Shown here: positions 56,921 through 64,000 of the stretch, piece by piece
Position numbering within the stretch: the first letter of the stretch is position 1
How the letters are laid out: every line of letters begins with the position of its first letter
From: a virus
Virus record (IMG/VR): IMGVR_UViG_3300015371_000004
Location: 51,950 to 115,949 of that record
Length of the DNA: 64,000 bases
Reading direction: 5' to 3' (one strand)
The notes under the pieces: generated by a model
Databases searched by the model: none
The model's input: only the letters and a program-made list of their open reading frames with translations
What the model was told of the DNA's origin: nothing
Translations under genes and position numbers: made by a program

Positions 56921-57424
56921 ATGGCGTTGCCTATGGCCGCCCACGTCTGGCACTTCGTCTACGTCGTGATTCACAAGGTCGCCCTCGTCTTTCACGGGAT
57001 CCGCTACGGAGTCCCATGGAGCCGTCTCTGGCGCCATGACCTCTCGAAGTTCCGGAAGGATGAGTGGTCGGACTACACCGAGGCGTTCTGGGCGTCCTTG
57101 CAGCGCCTTCCGCTCCCCAAGCGGTTCCGGCAGGTGGTCCTGACCCACGCCCTTCGGAATCGCCATCACTGGGAGCGCTGGTGCGTCATTCAGAGCGCGA
57201 TCTTTGCTGACGGTAAGTCCCACACGGTCTTTCCGGACGTCGTGCCGCATCAGATGGATGACGTGTCCGTGCGGGAGATGGTGGCCGACTGGCACGCCGC
57301 GGCGGCCTCGAAAGCCGCCTTCGGGCTCCCCCATGACTCGCCGCGGGACTTCTACGAGCTGAACCGGGACCAGATTCGGTTGCACCCGGCCACCCGTCAA
57401 CGTGTGGAAGAATTACTGCAATGA
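56921..57424 (+). CDS. DUF5662-like HD-related protein
   Basis: HK, HDLSKF..DEW, NRHHWE, EMVADW, LHPATR. Confidence 0.7.
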   Translation: MALPMAAHVWHFVYVVIHKVALVFHGIRYGVPWSRLWRHDLSKFRKDEWSDYTEAFWASLQRLPLPKRFRQVVLTHALRNRHHWERWCVIQSAIFADGKSHTVFPDVVPHQMDDVSVREMVADWHAAAASKAAFGLPHDSPRDFYELNRDQIRLHPATRQRVEELLQ

Positions 57425-57626
57425 CCTACTATTTAGTGCCCGTCGAGATGTGCGAAGCGCTCGTGCGTGTCTTCGAACGGGAGTACGTCCAGCGCACGCC
57501 GGACGGTGAGCTGGTGCAGGAGTTCATGCGGCGGGTCGACCGGAAGACGTTTGAGAAGCAGATCGACCTCTTCCCTCGTCACAAGGAACTGCTCAAGGAC
57601 GAGGGGCCTGCGCCGAACAAGCTGTT

Positions 57627-57932
57627 CTAAAGATTCGCCAGCACGGTGAATTTCAACCGGGACGTGTACCACTGCCCGGAGGGCAGGAGCGACCGCGTCT
57701 GCACTTCCCAGTTCCCCGCCTGATTAATATCCCCGTCGATGGTGTTGTAGTCGACGAAGCCGGACGCATTTTGGAAGGCCGAGGGCGTGACGGTGAAGGT
57801 GGTGCCGTCGGGCCGCTTGAAGGTGACCGGCGACTCAATGGCGGTCGTGAGATCGACCGGACGCCCGTTCGGATGCTTCACCCGCAGGCGGATCTTTGTG
57901 TTGATCGGGTTGACCTGTAGGTGCGCAGGCAT
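57627..57932 (-). CDS. BppU-N-like small virion beta-sandwich protein
   Basis: VDLTTA, FKRPDG, GFVDY...GDINQAGNWEVQ; AGGAG RBS. Confidence 0.6.
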   Translation of the reverse strand: MPAHLQVNPINTKIRLRVKHPNGRPVDLTTAIESPVTFKRPDGTTFTVTPSAFQNASGFVDYNTIDGDINQAGNWEVQTRSLLPSGQWYTSRLKFTVLANL

Positions 57933-60478
57933 CAGTCCTCCTTGGCGCTCGCGCCGCCGGTCCCGGCAATCACGGTCGTGATGGTCACGACCCCGTTGAG
58001 TTCCTGCACGAGCTTGACGTCTCCGCTCAGATCCTGCACGAGGTAGACGTCCCCTTCGAGAATAAAGTGCGGGGACGCCAGAATCGTGGACGTCCCCACA
58101 TACGCGAAGCTCTGCAGGCGGAAGAAGCGGTCGGCCTGCACGAAGTCCGGGTAGCTCGGCGCCCAGCTGAGCGGCGGCACGGCCTGCGCGGACAGGAACC
58201 CCGTCGGCTCGAAGGTGGAGGGCACTCGGGACGCGTGCACCTCCTGCCGCGGGATCCAGACCGGCCACTGCCCGCGCCATCCGAACTGGTCGACGGGGAC
58301 CGGGAGCACGAGCGACCCCACGACCACGCTGGAGGCGAGCGGCACCGGGAGCAGAAGGCTCGGGTAGTCCGGCGACCAGCTGAGCGGCACGACTTGCGGC
58401 AGCGGGTGCCGGAAGACGGCCGGATGGTGGGCCGCGGTCAGCGTGACCGGCGGTAGCCAGACCGGGTAGGTCGGTGACCAGCTCAGCAGGGGCGCCGCCG
58501 CCATGGGCAGCGGACTCTTGAAGTAGAACGGCTGCTGAGCGGTCAGGATCGAGCGGCCGGGCTCAATGAAGAGCGGGTAGCTCGGCCCCCATGAGAGCGG
58601 CGGAGCCGCGGCCATCGGCAGCGGGGACTTGAAGTAGGCCTGCTGCTGAGCGGCAAGGAGGGCCTTCGGCGGCGGATGGAGGTCCGGCCACACGCCCTGC
58701 CAGTGGAGCTGGTCGACCGCCTGAACGACGTAGACGAGCGCCTGATAGGGCAGCGTCTGCACCGGCAGGCGCGTCGGCTGCGGCCAGACCGGCGTCCAGC
58801 TGAGGAGCGGCGCCGCGGGCATCGGCAGCGGCGACTTGAAGTAGGCCGGAACCCTCGACGCATGGACGAGTGACGCGAAGACCTGATCCGGCCACGACCC
58901 GCGCCAGCCAAACTGGCTCGTGGGGACGGCGATCGGGAACGGGTCGAAGAAGACCGCCCGCTGGAGCGCGGCGGCGAGCGAGAGCGCGCCGAGCGCGCGG
59001 TCTGGATAGACCGGCCCCCATGAGAGCGGAGGCGCTGCCGCCATGGGCAGCGGGCTCTTAAAGAAGGCCTGCTGCTGACCTGTCAGAAGTGACAGGGGCG
59101 GCGCGAGGAGGTCCGGGTAGACGCCACGCCAGCCCAACTGGTCGACCGCCTGAACGACGTAGACGAGCGAGAGCCACCCCGGTGTGACCAAGGCGCTGCG
59201 GGTCGCCTCGGGATAGCTCGGGGCCCAGCTGAGCAGCGGCGCCGAGGCCATGGGCAGCGGCGACTTGAAGTAGAACGGCGTCGCGGCTGTCAGAAGCGAC
59301 AGAGGACCGAGGGCTCGGTCAGGGTAGCTTGGCCCCCATGACAACGGCGGCGCCGCAGCCATCGGCAGCGGCGACTTGAAGTAGCTCGGGACGTGCGCGG
59401 CCGTCAGCTCGCGGCGGAAGACCTGATCGGGCCAGACCCCTCGCCACGCGAACTGATCCGGTGCCGTGATCGGGAACGGGTTGAAGAAGTGCCACCGCTG
59501 CAGCGCCGCGTGCAGGCTGAGCGGCCCGGTCGCGAAGTCCGGGTACGTTGGGTGCCACGAGAGGGCTGGGGCCGCCGCCATCGGCAGCGGCGACTTGAAC
59601 GAGGACGGCCACAGGTGCGCGCCGGTCCACGGGACGAGGTGCTGGTCGGGCTCCTGTCCGCGCCACCCCAGCCGGGCGATGTCGTCCGGCTCACGAAGCG
59701 GCCGGACATACCAGCCGGTGGGCTCAGGAATGCGCCGTTCGATCCAATCCGGGCGTTGACTGCGCCACCCGAGGCGCGCGATGTCCGGCGGCTCGTTCTG
59801 CGGCTTCGCATACCACCCGCTGTAGTCCGGCCGGTGCCGGATGACCTGATCCGGGAAGACCCCGCGCCACTGATAGAGCGCGCTGAGTTCAGGCCCACGA
59901 ACAGACCACCCTTCGTAGGTCGGGATCTGCCGGTCTATTCGAGCCGGATAGTTCGGAGACCACGACAGCGGCGGTGCAGCTGGGAGCGGGGTCTCAGGCT
60001 TGAAGTACCAGTCCAGCTGCGACGCGTGGACGTCTTGACGCTCAACACGATCCGGGAAGTAGCCGCGCCATGCGTACTGGTCGACGTTCTGGACGACTGG
60101 CGTGAACGAGGACCAGAAGTGGAATGGCGCGAGCGGCGCGTGAAAGCTCGGCCGGAAGAGATAGTCTTGGAACTCCGGATACCACTGCGAAATCTCTTCT
60201 TCGGCGGCCTCGGGCAGCGTCGAGCCGATCGCGTAGGGCTGCTCAAGGACCACGTCGTAGCACGGCGTCCAGTCGAGCTGGTTCGGGTTGTACGTGGACG
60301 GAATAACCGCCCCGGCCACAAAGAAGATGGCTGGGATCAGATTGGCGGTGATGACGCCGCGTAGTCCAACTTGATCGGGGTAGCTTGGGAGCCAGCTGTT
60401 CTTCGGAATGTTCTGGCCCGGTACCATGACCGGACCGAAGATTTGCTGCTGATTCTCGGTGAGCGGGTCCTGCGCCAT
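57932..60478 (-). CDS. 848-aa Trp/Pro-rich repeat protein (probable virion component)
   Basis: ~22 W-x-(P/G)-x-(Y/W/F)-P-D-like units; 7 copies of FKSPLPM. Confidence 0.75.
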   Translation of the reverse strand: MAQDPLTENQQQIFGPVMVPGQNIPKNSWLPSYPDQVGLRGVITANLIPAIFFVAGAVIPSTYNPNQLDWTPCYDVVLEQPYAIGSTLPEAAEEEISQWYPEFQDYLFRPSFHAPLAPFHFWSSFTPVVQNVDQYAWRGYFPDRVERQDVHASQLDWYFKPETPLPAAPPLSWSPNYPARIDRQIPTYEGWSVRGPELSALYQWRGVFPDQVIRHRPDYSGWYAKPQNEPPDIARLGWRSQRPDWIERRIPEPTGWYVRPLREPDDIARLGWRGQEPDQHLVPWTGAHLWPSSFKSPLPMAAAPALSWHPTYPDFATGPLSLHAALQRWHFFNPFPITAPDQFAWRGVWPDQVFRRELTAAHVPSYFKSPLPMAAAPPLSWGPSYPDRALGPLSLLTAATPFYFKSPLPMASAPLLSWAPSYPEATRSALVTPGWLSLVYVVQAVDQLGWRGVYPDLLAPPLSLLTGQQQAFFKSPLPMAAAPPLSWGPVYPDRALGALSLAAALQRAVFFDPFPIAVPTSQFGWRGSWPDQVFASLVHASRVPAYFKSPLPMPAAPLLSWTPVWPQPTRLPVQTLPYQALVYVVQAVDQLHWQGVWPDLHPPPKALLAAQQQAYFKSPLPMAAAPPLSWGPSYPLFIEPGRSILTAQQPFYFKSPLPMAAAPLLSWSPTYPVWLPPVTLTAAHHPAVFRHPLPQVVPLSWSPDYPSLLLPVPLASSVVVGSLVLPVPVDQFGWRGQWPVWIPRQEVHASRVPSTFEPTGFLSAQAVPPLSWAPSYPDFVQADRFFRLQSFAYVGTSTILASPHFILEGDVYLVQDLSGDVKLVQELNGVVTITTVIAGTGGASAKED

Positions 60479-60480
60479 GG

Positions 60481-61293
60481 TCAGGCCGCCCTACGCGGAA
60501 CCCAGAGCCCAGACTGGCGGCGCACGAGTACGTCCGGAGCCTTGCGGCACCCGGGTGTCATCCCGCCCTGCATGACCGGACGCTCAGGCCCTTGGAGCGC
60601 GGTATCGGCGTAGCGCCCCCGCCATCCGAGCGTGCGAACATCAGCGGGATGGACCGCGATTGTGAAGGCCGTCCAATCATCAAGCGTCCCGGCCACACTC
60701 CAGACACCAGCGTTCTCGGAACTCGCGGTCGCCGTCCTGTTGGCCGCGCCACACGTGACGTTTGTGGTCACCGCACCGACCGTGCCGCTATTCGCAAACA
60801 GCTGATTCGAGGCGTAGTTGGTCGGATACGTCGTGACGCCGGTCTGCTCACCTTCCATCCCATACACGGTGATCCACAGATAGTCCTTGGACCCACCGGT
60901 TGGTGTGACGGTTCCCGCATCCGGCTGTGTCGCGCTGCCCGTCGTGCGCGCGCCGACCTCTGGGGCTTGAACGGTCGGACTCTCGGCGCCAGTAATCCGC
61001 CACGACAACGCGGCGAACTTCGCATTGCCATTCGCGGTGAGCGTGACCGTCGCGCCTTCAGACCCATCGGCCTTCCGCCACGCAAGACTCTGCACGTCAT
61101 CGGCCGCGTCCGGGCTCTCGTCGAAAATTTCATTCCATCCAGCAGGCCACGTGTGACCGCCAATGATAGCCACCCGGATATAAGCGATCAGGAGGTCGCC
61201 GGAGAGGATGCCCGTCGGAAGATTGATCGCGGCGGTGCCTGTTGCGGTGGTGCCGTTCGTCGTATTCGTCTGGCTGACGGATGGGAACGCCAC
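60481..61293 (-). CDS. Thr/Gly-rich virion fibre/adhesin-like protein
   Basis: LPTGILSGDLLIA, TWPAGW, WRKADGSEG; GTG overlaps upstream stop. Confidence 0.65.
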   Translation of the reverse strand: MAFPSVSQTNTTNGTTATGTAAINLPTGILSGDLLIAYIRVAIIGGHTWPAGWNEIFDESPDAADDVQSLAWRKADGSEGATVTLTANGNAKFAALSWRITGAESPTVQAPEVGARTTGSATQPDAGTVTPTGGSKDYLWITVYGMEGEQTGVTTYPTNYASNQLFANSGTVGAVTTNVTCGAANRTATASSENAGVWSVAGTLDDWTAFTIAVHPADVRTLGWRGRYADTALQGPERPVMQGGMTPGCRKAPDVLVRRQSGLWVPRRAA

Positions 61294-62534
61294 TACCGCA
61301 TCCCACGACGCAGAATCGTCGGATGACCGCCCATCCACCCCATCGGGGGTGGGTGCGTGACGCTGACCGTGGGCGTGGTCGCCCTCACGCTCAGCATGGC
61401 CGACTGCAGGGTCGTCCCGGACGCGCCGACCACCGTCTGATAATTCACCTCGTCGGTGGCCACCACCGCATCCGAATTGCTCGCATCTTCAAAGAACCCA
61501 GTCGCCCCCGATCCGATGCTGATCGACTGGTTCCCATTCGCCCCATTCTTCCGGAATCGAATCGTCGAGGTCGCCGTGACCCCATTCGAGATCACGTGGC
61601 TCGTCATCTTTGAGAACGTGTGGCTGACTGGCACTTCCTGACGCACATCCGCCTCGGTCGTGGTCGACTCCAGCTCGCCAGCGAGCCCGTTGTAGTACGT
61701 CGTCGCCGCCGACAGAAAGACGTTTCCGTTCAGCGCCCCGATCGTATAGGCGGCATCCGTGACCAGCTCGGCCGAGAGCAGCGGGAAGTTCGACGACACC
61801 ATCGCCAACCCGGCGGTGACCGAGAGATTGATGGTGTCCCCAGCCGCAATCGTGTCCGTGTGCGTCGTATCCTCGAACTGGCCGCTCGCGCCTGATCCGA
61901 GCGTGACGATGTTGGTCCCGTCCGCCCCGTTGATCCGCGTCTTGAAGGTGAGGGGATTCGCGCCGTTATTCGTGCCGACCACGAACAGCGCCTTGAGCGA
62001 CCCACCCGCCAGCACCTTCCAGTGATGATCCGATTCCGTCGTGGTCAGGCCCAGCGCCGAGCGTCCAATAATGTTGGTGAACAGCGTGTTGTCGCTGAAG
62101 TTGACGGTCAGGTTCGTCGAGTTTAGACAGTAGGTCGAGAACTGCGTGGGCGACGCCGTCTCGAACTGCGTGGACACTAGGCCAAACGTGACCAGCGTCC
62201 CGCCCGTGCTGACAAAGCGGAGGCCCACGAGGTCCCCGGCCGCGACCGCATCGCTGTGCGTCGTGTCCGTGAACTCCCCGGTCGCGCTCGCGCCGACCGT
62301 GAACGTGAGCGTCCCGTTCGCGGTGTTGATGCGCGAGGTCGCCACAATGGACGTGTGGTCGTTGTTGAGGATGCGCGCGTACAGCTGACTTAGGGTGCCC
62401 GCCGTCCGGAACGTGCGCTGCTGACTCGCTTCGGTCAACAGCATGTTCGGATGCCCGATCCCGACGCAGCAGTGCCGCGTATTGGCGTCGGACGTGAAAC
62501 CGCCCGCCCGGCGTGTGAGCATCAGGGCCTTCAC
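61293..62534 (-). CDS. Thr/Gly-rich virion protein with three internal repeats
   Basis: R.NGANG...GSGATG.FED.T.SD.V.AGD-like unit three times. Confidence 0.7.
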   Translation of the reverse strand: MKALMLTRRAGGFTSDANTRHCCVGIGHPNMLLTEASQQRTFRTAGTLSQLYARILNNDHTSIVATSRINTANGTLTFTVGASATGEFTDTTHSDAVAAGDLVGLRFVSTGGTLVTFGLVSTQFETASPTQFSTYCLNSTNLTVNFSDNTLFTNIIGRSALGLTTTESDHHWKVLAGGSLKALFVVGTNNGANPLTFKTRINGADGTNIVTLGSGASGQFEDTTHTDTIAAGDTINLSVTAGLAMVSSNFPLLSAELVTDAAYTIGALNGNVFLSAATTYYNGLAGELESTTTEADVRQEVPVSHTFSKMTSHVISNGVTATSTIRFRKNGANGNQSISIGSGATGFFEDASNSDAVVATDEVNYQTVVGASGTTLQSAMLSVRATTPTVSVTHPPPMGWMGGHPTILRRGMR

Positions 62535-62866
62535 CGCCGCACAACCTTCGCCGGAACATTGCGCGCGGCCAGCTCGCTACGTACGGCCACCTCATCCGCG
62601 GCGCTCAGGCCGCGAAACGAGACAATGGGCTGGCGGTCGGCCCCGAACGTCACGACCGGCTCCTCATTCGCCAGTCCAGGGACCGCGGCGCGGGCAGCCG
62701 CCACCGCTTGATTCTTTGGCTTGTTCTCGCCGTGGTAGACGGACGCGAACACGTCCGCGTGCCCGGCATGCACCGGGCACGCCGAGACGACGGTGTGCTG
62801 GCCGGTCTCCCAGTCCAGTACGTCGATCACGCAGCCACAGGTATCTGGTCTCCACCGCGTCGCCAT
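62531..62866 (-). CDS. small protein with WRPDTCGC and CPVH motifs
   Basis: GGAGG RBS; coupled ORF. Confidence 0.6.
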   Translation of the reverse strand: MATRWRPDTCGCVIDVLDWETGQHTVVSACPVHAGHADVFASVYHGENKPKNQAVAAARAAVPGLANEEPVVTFGADRQPIVSFRGLSAADEVAVRSELAARNVPAKVVRR

Positions 62867-64000
62867 CTAGCCTCCGCAGGTCTTCGTCATGAGCGGCGTC
62901 GTCACGGCCGGGACGCCGGTCGCCGTCCAGACGATGTAGAACGAATGCACGCCGGGCGCCACGTTCGCATTCTTCGAGAAGGGCGCCGTGTTATCCGAGC
63001 CCAGCACGATGTTCGCGTCCCGACGGAAACTGGCCGTCCAGTTGTGCATCGTATCCGGGGGCATCGTCGCCTCCAGCACATAAATGCAGTTGGTCTGCGT
63101 CGCGGTCGGTGGCGGAACTGGCTGAGGCGCCGCGTTGTCTACCGTGCGGGTCAGCGGCGTCACGAGCGACCCGTTGTTCCCCGCCGCGTCCTTCCCGATC
63201 ACGGAGAACGTATGCGACGTATTGGCCAGCGTCGTGGTATCCACGCTGAAGGAGTACGGCGCGCTCGTGAGTGGAGCCCCGGCATTCGTCCCGTCAATCA
63301 CGAGCTGCAGGCTCGTGCAGGCGACGTTGTCGCTGCAGGTCGCCGTGATGGTGATCGTGTTCTTCAGCGGAGACGGCGGCACCGTCAAGGTGACCGCCGG
63401 TGGCACCGTGTCCGGTGGCGGCGGCTGTGACCCAATCGTGACCGACGCCGTCTGGGGGGCCCCATTCGCCACGACGCGGACGACCGCGATGGAGCCCACC
63501 GGGAACCGGTTCGACCCGCCTTCGTCCACGTAGACCGTGAACACCGTTCCAGCAGTGTTGAAGGGCCCAGTCGGGCCATTCACAAGCGGCCCGTTGACCG
63601 TCGTGCTGACACCGGCCACCCAGCTTGGTGTTGCGTCCGACTCCCACGTGCCATTCCCATTGGCCGCATCGACGCGGACCGATGAGAGAGTCACGGACGA
63701 GGGGAATGTCACTGAGAATGCGGCGTCTCGTGTCCCGTTCGGGCTCAAGACCCGTCCCGGCGAGACCTTGTCATACAGCTGGTTCCCGAGGTAGGCGACC
63801 GTCAGCGTCGGCGGCGGACCCCCATTCTTGACCGTCACCGTGACGACGGCTGACGTCGTACTGTTGCCCGCGGCGTCTCGCGCGACCGCCGTGAGCGTGT
63901 GCTGGCCATCAGCCACCCCGAGCGTGGACCACTGAGTGGTCCATGGCGGCGAGGTGAACTCGCTGCCGAGGTTCGCGCCGTCGAGCTTGAACTGCACCCC
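62867..64000 (-). CDS. Ig-like domain virion protein (5' truncated by window)
   Basis: VQFKLDGANLG, HTLTAVARDAAGN, DTVPPAVTL, KDAAGN. Confidence 0.75.
   Translation of the reverse strand, partial: GVQFKLDGANLGSEFTSPPWTTQWSTLGVADGQHTLTAVARDAAGNSTTSAVVTVTVKNGGPPPTLTVAYLGNQLYDKVSPGRVLSPNGTRDAAFSVTFPSSVTLSSVRVDAANGNGTWESDATPSWVAGVSTTVNGPLVNGPTGPFNTAGTVFTVYVDEGGSNRFPVGSIAVVRVVANGAPQTASVTIGSQPPPPDTVPPAVTLTVPPSPLKNTITITATCSDNVACTSLQLVIDGTNAGAPLTSAPYSFSVDTTTLANTSHTFSVIGKDAAGNNGSLVTPLTRTVDNAAPQPVPPPTATQTNCIYVLEATMPPDTMHNWTASFRRDANIVLGSDNTAPFSKNANVAPGVHSFYIVWTATGVPAVTTPLMTKTCGG

Noticed and set aside
57932-60478. DNA repeats as a CRISPR array or DGR template/variable repeats
   Set aside because: Repeats are in-frame, vary mainly at synonymous sites with irregular spacing, and no reverse transcriptase is in the window
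1-64000. tRNA/tmRNA/rRNA genes
   Set aside because: No cloverleaf or T-loop pattern recognised by eye; tRNAscan-SE/ARAGORN would be decisive

Overview
This is a 64-kb, GC-rich, gene-dense segment of a large tailed dsDNA phage (Caudoviricetes-like). I found no rRNA, tRNA, CRISPR array or integrase. Layout: a short + block (187-883); a long minus-strand block (880-34870); a plus-strand block (34900-57630); and a minus-strand virion/fibre block (57627-64000). The long minus block holds a terminase ATPase, NusG, primase core, split SbcCD, RecA, resolvase, SSB, HU, UDG, a degenerate PolA, an ECF-type sigma-2 protein, many small genes and an atypical low-coding island at ~29.1-30.4 kb. The plus block holds DUF932, an Acb2-like protein, SNF2 helicase, DnaC-like loader, DnaB, Csp, primase Zn-finger, PolA, HerA-like ATPase, methyltransferase, glycosyltransferase and a B12-radical SAM enzyme. 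The most striking structure is a candidate transcription programme readable from the DNA. Five ECF-type promoters ((G/T)GAAC-N17-CGTCTAA) occur, three carrying an ATTACAG-N2-CTGTAAT operator and one lying upstream of a sigma-2-only gene. About 17 copies of a -10-only GGGGTANNAC element sit at gene boundaries, often leaderless. Also notable: a shared E-x-N-x-(C/Y)-H...G-x-F peptide tag on four proteins, including two zeta-toxin-like kinases; several split or catalytically dead replication proteins; and a shared acidic LDxLL motif. All protein calls come from motif recognition by eye; no database searches were run.
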